A program made the position numbers and the translations under genes. The notes below the pieces were generated by a model. It worked only from the letters and a program-made list of their open reading frames with translations, made no database searches and was not told the DNA's origin. From positions 58,908-122,907 of the forward strand of contig CAZZIO010000032.1 in NCBI GenBank assembly GCA_964654465.1: a DNA stretch of 64,000 nucleotides. Direction: 5' to 3'. This stretch comes from an uncultured Dictyoglomota bacterium (GTDB lineage Bacteria > Dictyoglomota > Dictyoglomia > Dictyoglomales > Dictyoglomaceae). Of this stretch, positions 20,158-33,694 are shown piece after piece (positions within the stretch are counted from its first letter, which is position 1; every line of letters starts with the position of its first letter).

Positions 20158-22221
20158 TTATGAAAGTTTACTCCAATCACAAAATTCCCATAAAAAGGTT
20201 TTAATATTCCAAATTAAAGAAAGCCTATTATTCTTTTCATCTTCATTTGGAGACATCACTAAAACGTTGTCAAAGAATGCTTCTATGTCATTAGCAAAAG
20301 TAATTAATAGTTCATGCTTAAAAAGATTCAGATAATCACCTTTTTCTAAATCTTTTTCTAAATCATTTTTTATTTTAACAAAATCCTCATATAACTTTTT
20401 CTCATAATTTGAGACAAAAAGTTCTGGCCTGATTTCTTTCAAGGTTAACTCCTTTGGTAAGATCCTATAAAGTCTATTGAAAGCTTTAACCACACTATTA
20501 AAATTTGGATCCTTTTTTGTTTCAATAATAAAAGCAATTCTTCTTTTTGTTTTCCATAATGGATCAAAATCCACACTCAAAACACTTTCCACTACCTCAA
20601 GAGGATACATATCTAATAAAATATTCCTTAATCTTTGACCTATAAAAATAAAACCTTGATAAAGTCTATCTCTACTCTCACCAAAACCATATACCTTCCA
20701 AGCATACTCAAGAAGCTCCTTTATACTAAGCCTAATATCACTTTCTAAAAATATCTTAAGAAGACCTCCTGTAATTCTCCTTAGTCCAATAGGATCCTCA
20801 GATCCAGTAGGGAAAAGACCTAAAAAGAAATATCCAGCAAGGCTATCTATTCTATCCGCAATTCCTAAGAGAGATGCTAAATAGTGAGATGGTATCTTTT
20901 CATCTAAGGTTCTTGGATAGATATATTCACCAATTATTGTAGGAATAGGTTCTTTTTCTCCTGAAATTTTAGCATAGATGCTTCCCATAATAGCATGTAG
21001 TTCAGGATACTCACTAACCATTAAAGTCCCCAAATCTGCTTTATATAAATCAACGCACCGTACCAATATTTTTGTTTCATCTTCGGAAAGAGACAAAATC
21101 CTTGAAATTTCATAAACTATTTTCTTTACTCTTTCTACTTTATCTTTAATAGTACCAAGCTTTTCTTGGAAAATAATACCTTCTAATTTTGACGTATAAC
21201 TTTCCAAAGGATTCTTAATATCTTCATTAAAGTAATATTCTGCATCAGCAAGTCTTGCTTTCAAAACCCTTTCATTACCCTCTATTACAATATCCGCATA
21301 TTCCTTTGTCCCATTTCTTATTACTATAAACCTGTTAACTAAATTACCATCTTCATTTCTCAATGGAAAATATCTTTGTTTCTTTTCCAATGTCACCTTC
21401 AAAACTATATCTGGTAATTTTAAATATCTTTCATCAAAGTGTCCTAATAAAGCAGTAGGATATTCTACTAAAAAATTAACCTCATCTAATAGTTCTGCAT
21501 CATAATCTAATATGAGAGAATTAGCCTCAGCTATTTCTTTTATTTGTTTTAAAATATTATCCTTTCTTTCTATATGATCAACAATTACAAAATTTTCTCT
21601 TAAGATATCTAAGTATTTTGTTGCATCACTAACTTCTATGAAGGATCTTAAATAAAATCTTGGAGGTCTTGTGTATTTTGATGAATTTACCCCTGCCACA
21701 CTTATAGGTACCAATTCATCTCCATAAAGAGATAGAATCCAGCGTATGGGTCTTCCAAAAGTAAAATTAACATTTCCCCATTTCATCATCTTAGGAAATC
21801 TTATACTCTTAAGCATATCTACTACAAAAGACTGGATAATTTCTATTGTAGGTTTTCCTTCTCTTACCCTTTTTAAAAAAACATATCTTCCTTTTGAAGT
21901 ATCTTTTATAATTAAATCTTTTAAATCTGCCTTATTTTGTTCAGCAAACTTTTTAGCAACATCTGTCCATTCACCATCTTTATATGCTATATGGGCTGCA
22001 GGTCCTCTTATCTCTTCTTCTTGAGATTCTTGAAAATCCTTTAATTTTTCCACATATATAACTAACCTTCTTGGTGTTGCCCAAACTTTTAAATCACTGT
22101 ATCTTAAATAATTTTTTTCAAAATAATCAACAGAAAAATCTTTTATTTGTTTAATTGCTGGTTCTAAAAAACTTGCTGGCATCTCTTCTGTGCCTATTTC
22201 AACTAAGAGATCTCTTTCCAA
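20158..22221 (-). CDS. glyS: Glycine--tRNA ligase beta subunit
   Basis: LLVEIGTEEMPA, TPRRL, FGRPIRW, GNERVLKARLADA; TTG start. Confidence 0.96.
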   Translation of the reverse strand: MERDLLVEIGTEEMPASFLEPAIKQIKDFSVDYFEKNYLRYSDLKVWATPRRLVIYVEKLKDFQESQEEEIRGPAAHIAYKDGEWTDVAKKFAEQNKADLKDLIIKDTSKGRYVFLKRVREGKPTIEIIQSFVVDMLKSIRFPKMMKWGNVNFTFGRPIRWILSLYGDELVPISVAGVNSSKYTRPPRFYLRSFIEVSDATKYLDILRENFVIVDHIERKDNILKQIKEIAEANSLILDYDAELLDEVNFLVEYPTALLGHFDERYLKLPDIVLKVTLEKKQRYFPLRNEDGNLVNRFIVIRNGTKEYADIVIEGNERVLKARLADAEYYFNEDIKNPLESYTSKLEGIIFQEKLGTIKDKVERVKKIVYEISRILSLSEDETKILVRCVDLYKADLGTLMVSEYPELHAIMGSIYAKISGEKEPIPTIIGEYIYPRTLDEKIPSHYLASLLGIADRIDSLAGYFFLGLFPTGSEDPIGLRRITGGLLKIFLESDIRLSIKELLEYAWKVYGFGESRDRLYQGFIFIGQRLRNILLDMYPLEVVESVLSVDFDPLWKTKRRIAFIIETKKDPNFNSVVKAFNRLYRILPKELTLKEIRPELFVSNYEKKLYEDFVKIKNDLEKDLEKGDYLNLFKHELLITFANDIEAFFDNVLVMSPNEDEKNNRLSLIWNIKTFLWEFCDWSKLS

Positions 22222-22225
22222 GATT

Positions 22226-23113
22226 TTATGCCCCCTTTCTCCACGCCTTATTTAGAAGAGGATATCCTAAAGCTTCTCTACTTTTTAAATAGTTTTCAGC
22301 AGCTTTTGATGCTAATTTTCTAATCCGTGATATATATTGTGTTCTTTGTACCACACTTATAGCACCTCTTGCATCTAATAAATTAAATGTATGAGAACAT
22401 TTCAAAACGTAATCATAAGCAGGAAAAGTTAATCCACTTTCTAACAATCTTTCTGCCTCTTTCTCATATTCATTAAATAATAATCTTAATCTCTCAACAT
22501 CAGCTAATTCAAAATTATATTTACAATGCTCTATTTCCCCCTGCAGGTGTACATCTCCATAAGTTACATTGTCTTGCCATTTTATATCTTTGAAATCATC
22601 AACTCCCTGTATATACATAGCAATTCTTTCAAGACCATAGGTTATTTCAGCAGATATAGGAAACAAATCAAATCCCCCACACTGCTGAAAATATGTAAAT
22701 TGAGTAATCTCCATTCCATCTAACCAAACTTCCCAACCTATCCCCCATGCTCCTAAGGTAGGAGATTCCCAATTATCTTCAACAAACCTTATGTCATGCT
22801 TTTCTATATCAATACCTAAATATCTTAAACTTTCAATATAGATTTCTTGAACATCATCTGGAGAAGGCTTAAGGATTACTTGATACTGATAATAATGTTG
22901 AAGACGATTTGGATTTTCTCCATACCTACCATCAGTAGGTCTTCTCGAGGGCTCTACATATGCAACATACCAAGGTTCTGGACCTAATACTCTAAAAAAA
23001 GTAGCAGGATTCATAGTACCAGCACCAACTTCTATATCATACGGTTGTTGAATTATACACCCTTGTTTATGCCAAAACTCATCAAGTTTATAAATAATCT
23101 CTTGAAAAAGCAT
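22226..23113 (-). CDS. glyQ: Glycine--tRNA ligase alpha subunit
   Basis: [46 protein letters not shown]. Confidence 0.98.
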   Translation of the reverse strand: MLFQEIIYKLDEFWHKQGCIIQQPYDIEVGAGTMNPATFFRVLGPEPWYVAYVEPSRRPTDGRYGENPNRLQHYYQYQVILKPSPDDVQEIYIESLRYLGIDIEKHDIRFVEDNWESPTLGAWGIGWEVWLDGMEITQFTYFQQCGGFDLFPISAEITYGLERIAMYIQGVDDFKDIKWQDNVTYGDVHLQGEIEHCKYNFELADVERLRLLFNEYEKEAERLLESGLTFPAYDYVLKCSHTFNLLDARGAISVVQRTQYISRIRKLASKAAENYLKSREALGYPLLNKAWRKGA

Positions 23114-23118
23114 TTTTT

Positions 23119-23832
23119 CTATACCTCCTGTTCTATCCTTTTTGTCAAAATAGGCATTAATTTTTTTATTTCTTCAAAGCGTGTAATAATATTAGATCCA
23201 ATTATATAATTAAAATCATAAGTTAAAATCTCATTATATTTGTTTATAATCTCTAAATCTATTTCTATATCCAAATTATTACAACCTACACAATAAACTT
23301 TATAATCTTCGATATTCAATAACAATTTTTCATCGCTATTAAATTTTCTTCCACACTTTTCACAGTTAGTTGGGAGGAAAGGTAAAAGTCCAAGTTTTTG
23401 CCAAAGTTTAATTAAGAAGATATCCCCTGAAGTAGTAGCATTATTCTTTTTTATTTCCTTTAAAAAATTATATAATAGATCAAAAACTTCCTTATCTTTT
23501 ACCCCCTCAGGAAGAAATTTCTCAGCCCTTTTTATATAAGTAGTAGCATATATAAAGGTATCTACATCCTTTTTTATATTAGCAAATCTTTCTATTACCT
23601 CCCAATTTATAAGAAGATCTAATTCCTTCCTTTTCACAAAATATCCTTTTCCAAGAGTAATAACCTCAACCTTTCCTCTTAGGCGATTTTTTATTTTTAA
23701 AGCACCTGGAGCCTTCACCCAATACTTTCCTTTCTCTTTTCCGTAAAAAAGTAAAACCAAATCTCCATCTCCTATTTTCCTTCTATCTATAATTAACCCT
23801 TCTTCATAATAATATCTACTCTCTAAGTTCAT
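23119..23832 (-). CDS. recO: DNA repair protein RecO
   Basis: N-terminal OB-fold pattern (EGLIID..GDGD), CxxC...CxxC zinc motif, era-recO-glyQ synteny. Confidence 0.85.
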   Translation of the reverse strand: MNLESRYYYEEGLIIDRRKIGDGDLVLLFYGKEKGKYWVKAPGALKIKNRLRGKVEVITLGKGYFVKRKELDLLINWEVIERFANIKKDVDTFIYATTYIKRAEKFLPEGVKDKEVFDLLYNFLKEIKKNNATTSGDIFLIKLWQKLGLLPFLPTNCEKCGRKFNSDEKLLLNIEDYKVYCVGCNNLDIEIDLEIINKYNEILTYDFNYIIGSNIITRFEEIKKLMPILTKRIEQEV

Positions 23833-24475
23833 TTATTATAGCTATCCCATTAGATGTACCTATTCTATCAGCACCTGATTCTATCATTTGTAGAGCTTGT
23901 TCTAAAGTTCTTATACCTCCTGCTGCCTTAACCTTTAACTCTTTTCCTGCAATTTTCTTAAGAAGCAACACATCTTCTAATGTAGCTCCTGAGGGGCCAA
24001 AACCTGTAGATGTTTTTACAAAATGAGCTTTTTCTTCTTTTATTATATTTGTAACATAAATTTTCTCTTCATTTGTTAGATAACATGTCTCAATAATAAC
24101 TTTTACTACTTTTCCTTGTGAAGCCTCTAAAACTTTTCTTATATCTTCCCTAAGTACTTTTTCATTTCTATCTTTTATAGCAGAAATATTAATTACCATA
24201 TCAAACTCTTCTGCACCTTTTCTTAAAAGATCATCAACCTGAAAAGCTTTTGATGAAGAAGAGTTTAGACCATGAGGAAAGTCTATGACTGTACAAACTT
24301 TTATATCAGAGTCTTTTAAAATACTATATGCTAAGGGGACAAAATAAGGTTGAATACATACAGAAGCAAAACTATATTTTAATGCCTCTTTACAAAAATC
24401 AGTCACATCCTTTGAAGAGGCATTAGGTCTTAGTAAGGTATGATCTATCATTTTTGCTAAAGTCTTTTTATCCAT
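23816..24475 (-). CDS. deoC: Deoxyribose-phosphate aldolase (start moved to MDKKT)
   Basis: IDHTLL, KVIIET, FVKTSTGF, VKAAGGIR, GADRIGTS; GGGAG SD before ATG at 24475. Confidence 0.95.
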   Translation of the reverse strand: MDKKTLAKMIDHTLLRPNASSKDVTDFCKEALKYSFASVCIQPYFVPLAYSILKDSDIKVCTVIDFPHGLNSSSSKAFQVDDLLRKGAEEFDMVINISAIKDRNEKVLREDIRKVLEASQGKVVKVIIETCYLTNEEKIYVTNIIKEEKAHFVKTSTGFGPSGATLEDVLLLKKIAGKELKVKAAGGIRTLEQALQMIESGADRIGTSNGIAIINELRE

Positions 24476-24492
24476 ATAATTTCTCCCTAATA

Positions 24493-25386
24493 TTAAATAT
24501 ATCCAAGCTCTCTCAAAATTTCGGGTTTCTTCCTCCATTTTTCTCTAACTTTCACCCAAAGATCCAAATACACTTGTTTTTTAAAATATTCTTCCAACTC
24601 CATTCTTGCAAGAGTACCTATTTTCTTCAACATCTGACCATTTCTTCCAATTAAGATAGCCTTCTGAGTAGGTCTTTCAACTATAATAGTTGAACGAATA
24701 TAAATAAGTTGTCCATTTTTTCGTTCATCAATTTCATCTACATATACTGCAACCGAATGAGGTACTTCTTGATGAGTAAGATGAATGATCTTTTCTCTTA
24801 TTATTTCTGAAATCCAGAATTTATCTGTTTGATCAGTTAACATATCTGGAGGATATAAAAATTCACCTTCTGGAGATAATTCCTTTAGTTTTTCTAAAAG
24901 TAAATCTTTATTAGTACCATATAGAGCTGATATTTCAATTATATTATTTGGATCTACTCCTAAGGAGATAATCTTATTTTTTCTTTCTTCCAAAATTTTC
25001 GTTGATACAGCATCAATCTTATTGAGTAATACTAAACAGGGTTTTTTTTGCCCTTTTACAAAATGAAGAAGGGTTTTATTATCTTCATCAAGTTCTAAGG
25101 TTGCATCAATTACATATAATACAATATCAGAGTCTTCAATAGTCTGTTTAATAGTTTTTTGCATATACTCCCCAAGTAAATGTTTTGGAGGAAACCATCC
25201 AGGAGTATCTAAAAAAATAAATTGTGCGTCTTCTAAAGTCAAAACTCCTAATATCCTTTGCCTTGTTGTTTGAGGTTTGTCAGCTACTATAGAAACTTTT
25301 TCTCCTACTAAAAGATTCAATAGGGTGGATTTACCAGCATTGGGCTTACCTATAATACTTACATAAGCAAGTTTAGTATTGCCCAT
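24493..25386 (-). CDS. era: GTPase Era
   Basis: GKPNAGKSTL, QTTR, DTPG, NKID, C-terminal KH domain. Confidence 0.97.
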   Translation of the reverse strand: MGNTKLAYVSIIGKPNAGKSTLLNLLVGEKVSIVADKPQTTRQRILGVLTLEDAQFIFLDTPGWFPPKHLLGEYMQKTIKQTIEDSDIVLYVIDATLELDEDNKTLLHFVKGQKKPCLVLLNKIDAVSTKILEERKNKIISLGVDPNNIIEISALYGTNKDLLLEKLKELSPEGEFLYPPDMLTDQTDKFWISEIIREKIIHLTHQEVPHSVAVYVDEIDERKNGQLIYIRSTIIVERPTQKAILIGRNGQMLKKIGTLARMELEEYFKKQVYLDLWVKVREKWRKKPEILRELGYI

Positions 25387-25777
25387 TATTTTTCCTCCAA
25401 TTTAAAACTGTGAGGTAATAACTCTTCTACTTTATATCTATAAAATCTTTCTTCTTTAGAATTATACAATAATACTTCCATCTTAGGAGAAAATTCCATC
25501 ATAACCTGTCTACAAGCCCCACAAGGTGGTACTCCATCTCCATCTTTACCAACAATCACAATTTTCAAAAATTCTTCCTCACCCTCACTAACTGCTTTAA
25601 AAATAGCAACCCGTTCAGCACAAATAGTTAGACCATAAGAAGCATTTTCTATGTTTACTCCAGTATATATCTTTCCACTCTTAGTTAACAAAACAGCTCC
25701 TACAGGAAAGTTAGAATAAGGAGAATAGGAAAATTTCAAAACATCTCTTGCAATTTCAAGAAGGTCTTTATCTTCCA

Positions 25778-25778
<1 letters not shown>
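25386..25778 (-). CDS. cdd: Cytidine deaminase
   Basis: YSPYSNFPVGA, NIENASYGLTICAER, PCGACRQ. Confidence 0.97.
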
Positions 25779-28650
<2,872 letters not shown>

Positions 28651-28668
28651 CTTTTCCTCACACCCCTT

Positions 28669-29037
28669 TTATTGAAGTCTAAAGATTTTTATATATTTTA
28701 TAAATATTAAAATACCTGAAATAAAAGCCAAAAGCGACAATATAAAAACAGCTGATGCTGACAAGTCCTTAACTATTTTTATCTGAGGAGAATAACTATT
28801 ATTTATAAAGTCCATAGCCTTTTCTATAGCTGTATTCATATACTCAGCACTTATAACAACTCCAATCCATAATAACACAACAAGTATATCATTTAAGCTA
28901 AAATGAAAACAAAGCATAAAGAGAATTAATATACCTGTAATTAATATCTGAATTTTAATGTTTCTTTCGTATTTAATACCAAATACAAGACCATCTATTG
29001 CTTTAGTGAAACTTTCCCTAAGACTTCTATTTTTCAT
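28669..29037 (-). CDS. dgkA: Diacylglycerol/undecaprenol kinase family protein
   Basis: ERNIKI, AEYMNTAIEKAMD, KDLSASAV; ATGA overlap with the ybeY stop. Confidence 0.9.
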   Translation of the reverse strand: MKNRSLRESFTKAIDGLVFGIKYERNIKIQILITGILILFMLCFHFSLNDILVVLLWIGVVISAEYMNTAIEKAMDFINNSYSPQIKIVKDLSASAVFILSLLAFISGILIFIKYIKIFRLQ

Positions 29038-29465
29038 TTTTTCCATAGACTTATTAATTTTAAGGTTTCTCTTTCCATTTCTTCAAAATCTTTTTCTTCT
29101 TCATGATCATAACCAAGAATATGTAAAGTGCCATGAAGACTTAAAAAAGCTATTTCATCTAATAAATCTTTATTATTTTCTATTGCCTGTTTTGTAGCAG
29201 TATCATAAGAGATATATATTTCACCAATAAGTCTACCCTTGGGATCTTTTCCTAAGGAAAATGACAAAACATCTGTAGGTATGTCTTTCCCTCTATATTT
29301 ACTATTTAGCTCTTTAATCTTATCATCATCAACTATAACAATAGATAAATCATATTTATTAGGTAAAAATCCCTTTTTCTTAAAAACCTCTTTAATAAAG
29401 TCTTTTACTTTATCAAGTTCCTTCTTATTAATTTTATTCTTCAAATCAAATACATTTACACTCAT
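29034..29465 (-). CDS. ybeY: rRNA maturation endoribonuclease YbeY
   Basis: LNSKYRGKD.PTDVLSF, HGTLHILGYDH. Confidence 0.96.
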   Translation of the reverse strand: MSVNVFDLKNKINKKELDKVKDFIKEVFKKKGFLPNKYDLSIVIVDDDKIKELNSKYRGKDIPTDVLSFSLGKDPKGRLIGEIYISYDTATKQAIENNKDLLDEIAFLSLHGTLHILGYDHEEEKDFEEMERETLKLISLWKK

Positions 29466-30358
29466 TTAATTTTTTTCTCCCATTTTTCATAAGCTTTAAT
29501 TATCTCTTTCACGATATCATGTCTAACCACATCTTCTTCCGTGAGTTCCACAAAAGCAATACCTTTTATTCCTTGCAAAATATTCCAAGCATGTATAAGA
29601 CCAGACATTTTATTAGTATCAAGATCTGTTTGAGTAACATCACCTGCAACAACCATTTTACTCCCAAAACCAAATCTTGTTAAAAACATTTTCATCTGCA
29701 TTGGAGTTGTATTTTGTGCCTCATCTAGAAGAACAAAAGAATCTTTGAAGGTCCGCCCTCTCATATATGCTAATGGAACTATCTCTATCATATTTCTCTC
29801 TATATATTTTAAAAGCCTTTCTAGTCCTAAAAGTTCTTCTAAAAAATCATATAACGGCCTAACATATGGATCTACTTTTTGTTGTATATCCCCAGGGAGA
29901 AAACCAAGCTTCTCACCTGCTTCAACTACTGGTCTTGTCAATACTATCTTCTTTACTATATTATTCCTCAAAAAAGAAATACCCATAGCTATAGCCAAAA
30001 AGCTCTTACCTGTTCCTGCGGGCCCTTTTGCAATAACAATTTCATTTTTTTCTATAGCTTCCACATATTTTTTCTGCCCCGGGGTTAATACTTTTACTAT
30101 TTTTTTGTCAAAAATTAGAAGTTTACTTCCATCAGTAGGCCCTTTCATAGAAAAACTATTTATCTGGTCCAATAAATACTGCTCAACCCTTTTTATAACT
30201 TCAGGAGATCCATTCATTGTAATCCTATCCTCTAATATTTTTATTTCTATGTTTTCTTCTATAACCTCTATTTCTTTTAACTTTTTAGCAATATTTTCCT
30301 TATATGCTTGTAATTCTTTTGGTATTATTATCTCTGTTTTAATTATAGTCCTTTCCAT
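29462..30358 (-). CDS. phoH: PhoH-family ATPase
   Basis: GPAGTGKS, RPVVEAGEKLGFLPGD, PLAYMRGRT, DEAQN. Confidence 0.95.
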   Translation of the reverse strand: MERTIIKTEIIIPKELQAYKENIAKKLKEIEVIEENIEIKILEDRITMNGSPEVIKRVEQYLLDQINSFSMKGPTDGSKLLIFDKKIVKVLTPGQKKYVEAIEKNEIVIAKGPAGTGKSFLAIAMGISFLRNNIVKKIVLTRPVVEAGEKLGFLPGDIQQKVDPYVRPLYDFLEELLGLERLLKYIERNMIEIVPLAYMRGRTFKDSFVLLDEAQNTTPMQMKMFLTRFGFGSKMVVAGDVTQTDLDTNKMSGLIHAWNILQGIKGIAFVELTEEDVVRHDIVKEIIKAYEKWEKKIK

Positions 30359-30365
30359 ATATCAC

Positions 30366-30536
30366 TTACTTTTTCTTCTTTGATTGAGCTTTTTTTCTAT
30401 TCCTTTTTTCACTAGGTTTTTCATAATATTCATGTCTACGTATATCTGACAATACTCCATCTTCTTGTAACTTTTTCTTAAATCTTTTTAAAGCACTATC
30501 CAAGCTTTCATCTTTTCCTACTCTTACTTCTGTCAC
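30366..30536 (-). CDS. rpsU: 30S ribosomal protein S21 (56 aa, absent from the ORF track)
   Basis: AAGGAGG SD, GTG start; translates [56 protein letters not shown]. Confidence 0.96.
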   Translation of the reverse strand: MTEVRVGKDESLDSALKRFKKKLQEDGVLSDIRRHEYYEKPSEKRNRKKAQSKKKK

Positions 30537-30552
30537 ATTCTTCCCTCCTTTC

Positions 30553-31806
30553 TTATCTTATTTTTAACTCATCTTTCAATAATTTTGCATAAACTTTACT
30601 CTTTTCCTCATCTATATCTTCTAATATTACTTTTACATAATTACCTTCTTCCAAATAGTATGGACCTTCAAACTCCACCTTTATATAATTATCAGTAGTA
30701 CCCCTGTATATATTACTCTCTTTCTCTTCTATCATAACCTCGATTTCTTTACCTATAAAAGATGATACATATTCTTCCCATAATAAATTACTCAGATCTA
30801 ACAATTTCCTTTTTCTCTCTTCTATTATCTTAGGAGGAAGAGGGGTAAGCTTTCCAGCAAGAGTAAAAGGGCGAGGAGAAAAAGGAAAAACATGTATTTT
30901 CATAAACCTAATTTTTTTAGCAAATTCTAAGGTTTGTTTAAAATGTTCATCGGTTTCCTCAGGATATCCAACTATTATATCTGTAGTAATTGCAATATCA
31001 GGCACTTTTTCCCTTAACTTATTGACAAGATCAGAAAAATATTTGGTATCATATTTCCTATTCATCTTTCTAAGGATCTCATCAGATCCACTTTGAAGAG
31101 GTATATGCCAATGCCTACAAAGCTTAGGATGAGAAGCAATAGAAATCAATTTATCAGATATATCCATTGGTTCCAAAGAACTTAGTCTTACTTTGTAAAG
31201 TCCTTCTATTTCAAATATATCAGTAAGAAGCTTTACTAAAGCATTTTTATCTCCTAAATCATGCCCATATGCACCTAATCTTATTCCTGTTAATACTATC
31301 TCTTTATGGCCACGAGCTACCAATTCTTCAACTTCCCTGATTACATAATCCAAACTTTTACTTCTTTCTCTACCACGAAGATAAGGAACTATACAATAAC
31401 TACAAAATTGATTGCAACCATCTTGTATTTTAAGAATAGCTCTTGCTCTATCCTCAGATACCAAGAATACAGAATCTTCATTACCCCCGAAAAATTCCCA
31501 CTTTTTTTTATTATCCAACAAAAAATCTACCTTCAATTCTTCTGGTAAAAGTTTAATCCTTTCTGAGTAACAACCAGCAAGTACAATTCTAGTATTTTTA
31601 TAATGGTTTCTTATGTAATTAATGAGTCTTCTTGCTTTTCTCTCTGCTACATGAGTTACAGCACAACTATTAATAAAGAAAAGATCAGGTTCGTCATTTA
31701 AAGATACTACATCCCATCCCTCTTTTATAGCTAAATATTTAAGCTTCTCTGTTTCATACTGATTTACTTTACATCCGAAAGTATAAAAAGCAACTTTTCT
31801 ACTCAA
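30553..31806 (-). CDS. mtaB: tRNA t6A37 methylthiotransferase MtaB
   Basis: [17 protein letters not shown], radical [20 protein letters not shown]; rsmE-mtaB-rpsU synteny. Confidence 0.93.
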   Translation of the reverse strand: MSRKVAFYTFGCKVNQYETEKLKYLAIKEGWDVVSLNDEPDLFFINSCAVTHVAERKARRLINYIRNHYKNTRIVLAGCYSERIKLLPEELKVDFLLDNKKKWEFFGGNEDSVFLVSEDRARAILKIQDGCNQFCSYCIVPYLRGRERSKSLDYVIREVEELVARGHKEIVLTGIRLGAYGHDLGDKNALVKLLTDIFEIEGLYKVRLSSLEPMDISDKLISIASHPKLCRHWHIPLQSGSDEILRKMNRKYDTKYFSDLVNKLREKVPDIAITTDIIVGYPEETDEHFKQTLEFAKKIRFMKIHVFPFSPRPFTLAGKLTPLPPKIIEERKRKLLDLSNLLWEEYVSSFIGKEIEVMIEEKESNIYRGTTDNYIKVEFEGPYYLEEGNYVKVILEDIDEEKSKVYAKLLKDELKIR

Positions 31807-31810
31807 GGTA

Positions 31811-32551
31811 TTATAGTAAACCTAAGCCTCCTTTCTCATAGAGAAGGAGAGCAGAAGAAACAATAGCAGCAGTGTCCACTTTTAATATTCTTGGTCCCAT
31901 ATTAAAAAATTTTCCCCCAAAATTTCTCATCATCTCTATCTCTTCTTCACTAAAGCTTCCTTCTGGACCTATAAAAAGAAAAACTTTATCTTTAACTCCA
32001 TTTTCAAACACTTTTTTTAAGTCCTCTTTAGCCCCTTCCCATGCTACCAATATATCTGCCTTTTCTTCTTTAGCCAACCTAAGACATTCTTCCAAATTCA
32101 ATACGTTAAAAAGATTTGGTACAAAATTCCTTCCACACTGTTTAACTGTTTCTCTTATTATTTTATTCCACCTAACATACTTTTTCTCAAATTCCTCTTT
32201 TGTTAAGTTTACAATACTTCTTTGGGTTTGTAAAGGAATAAAAGCAAAAACTCCTAACTCGGTACATTTTTCCAAAATTAGCTCCCACTTATCTTTCTTT
32301 GGTAAACTTTGACAAAGATAAATATTTACCTTGCTTTCTTTGTCTCCAATCTCAGAAACAATTTTGCAAGTTATTTCTTTGTCATTTACTTTTTCAACTA
32401 ATGTTAGATACAATTTAGAATCATAATTTACCTGTAGTTGATCTCCCTTTTCTATTCTCAACACCTTAGAAATATGGTAAACATCATTTTTATCATCAAT
32501 TATCAAATAGTCTGGAGGTTTCAGTTTTGAGGCAAAGAAAGTTGGAGACAT
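31811..32551 (-). CDS. rsmE: 16S rRNA m3U1498 methyltransferase
   Basis: HISKVLR, LEKCTELG, FIGPEGSFS, GPRILKVDTA. Confidence 0.94.
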   Translation of the reverse strand: MSPTFFASKLKPPDYLIIDDKNDVYHISKVLRIEKGDQLQVNYDSKLYLTLVEKVNDKEITCKIVSEIGDKESKVNIYLCQSLPKKDKWELILEKCTELGVFAFIPLQTQRSIVNLTKEEFEKKYVRWNKIIRETVKQCGRNFVPNLFNVLNLEECLRLAKEEKADILVAWEGAKEDLKKVFENGVKDKVFLFIGPEGSFSEEEIEMMRNFGGKFFNMGPRILKVDTAAIVSSALLLYEKGGLGLL

Positions 32552-32559
32552 AAATAATA

Positions 32560-33597
32560 TTAATCTCCTAAAAGTTGGGTTAACCTTTCTGATAAAGTTT
32601 TACCTATAAGTTCTACAAAGGCTAAAGATCTTTCATATTTCATTCTCTTTGGACCTATCATACCAATAGACCCTATAGTATTTTCTCCTAAAGAATATAC
32701 AGTTGTAATAATACTACAATCGATTAGTTCAGGAATACTAATCTCTCCTCCAATAAGTATTGTTAAACCCTTTCTAAGATAGGAAGTAAAAAGCAAAGAG
32801 GAGATAGTTTTTTCCTCCTCTAAGACATCTAATAAGGTTTTTACTTTATTTATATTCTGAAACTCTAAATACTGTAATATCTTTGAAACACCAGCTACAA
32901 TTACGCCCTCTTCCCTTTCTGTATATAATAAGTCTTGTAAAATATCTAAAACTCCAGTTTTTATTTCTATCGGCATTTTAAAATCTAGTTTTTCCTTAGA
33001 TAATGTCCAATAAATCTCCTGAAGCTCCTTATTTTCAAACCTTGTATTAAGTTTCACCCTCAAATCATTAAATTCCTCTTCAGACATAGAGTTAGACAAT
33101 CTTACTATCTTTTCCTTAACAACACCTGTAGAAGTAGTAACAATTATAACAACAGCATCTTCTTTCAAGTCTATAAACTCAATCTTTTTCAAAGTAGTTT
33201 TATCAAGTTGGGGGAATAGAACCACACCAATAAATGCAGTTCTCTCAGAAATTAACTCAGCAACTCTTCTAAGAAGCCCTTCCCAATTAATTGAAGAAAA
33301 AATTATACTATTAGCTACCTCTATGTCCTCATTATATAATTCGTAATTATCTAAAAGAAAATCCACATAGAAACGATAACCTCTATCAGATGGAATCCTA
33401 CCAGCCGAAGTATGAGGTTGTATTAGATAACCTTCTTCCTCTAAATCTGCCATCTCATTTCTAATAGTAGCAGGACTCCATCCCAGTAAATATTTTTTAG
33501 CTAATATTCTTGAACTTACCGGCTGAGCAGACTCTATATAATCCTTTACTGTAATTTTTAGTATGATCTTTTTTCTATCGTCTAACAACCTTAGCAC
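32560..33597 (-). CDS. hrcA: Heat-inducible transcription repressor HrcA
   Basis: SPATIRNEMADLEEEGYL.QPHTSAGRIPSD.GYRFYVD, IGPKRM.Y. Confidence 0.96.
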   Translation of the reverse strand: MLRLLDDRKKIILKITVKDYIESAQPVSSRILAKKYLLGWSPATIRNEMADLEEEGYLIQPHTSAGRIPSDRGYRFYVDFLLDNYELYNEDIEVANSIIFSSINWEGLLRRVAELISERTAFIGVVLFPQLDKTTLKKIEFIDLKEDAVVIIVTTSTGVVKEKIVRLSNSMSEEEFNDLRVKLNTRFENKELQEIYWTLSKEKLDFKMPIEIKTGVLDILQDLLYTEREEGVIVAGVSKILQYLEFQNINKVKTLLDVLEEEKTISSLLFTSYLRKGLTILIGGEISIPELIDCSIITTVYSLGENTIGSIGMIGPKRMKYERSLAFVELIGKTLSERLTQLLGD

Positions 33598-33617
33598 TCT
33601 CCCTTTAAGACTGCTAA
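33591..33617. promoter_or_regulatory. CIRCE element (HrcA operator)
   Basis: TTAGCACTC-N9-GACTGCTAA, one mismatch to the consensus TTAGCACTC-N9-GAGTGCTAA; spans the hrcA RBS and GTG. Confidence 0.95.
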
Positions 33618-33630
33618 TTTTTCCTTTAAC

Positions 33631-33660
33631 ATAATAGCACTAATTTTAATTTTATGTCAA
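33631..33660 (-). promoter_or_regulatory. Sigma-A-type promoter of the hrcA operon
   Basis: Minus strand TTGACA, 18 nt, TATTAT with TGn extension. Confidence 0.75.
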
Positions 33661-33694
33661 GTTTTAAAAAAGGATTAAAAGGTTTAATTTGTTA

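Noticed and set aside
24476-24538. N-terminal extensions of deoC (and rpsF 59125-59166) in the ORF track
   Set aside because: They overlap era or the leader RNA; downstream ATGs have good SDs and match the family N-termini.
29745-30383. 212-aa plus-strand ORF opposite phoH (similar long antisense ORFs at 18255-18746, 31872-32312, 44008-44520)
   Set aside because: Antisense shadows of well-conserved genes, rich in Ser/Phe/Ile as expected from reverse-complemented Glu/Lys-rich codons; no SD or recognisable motif.
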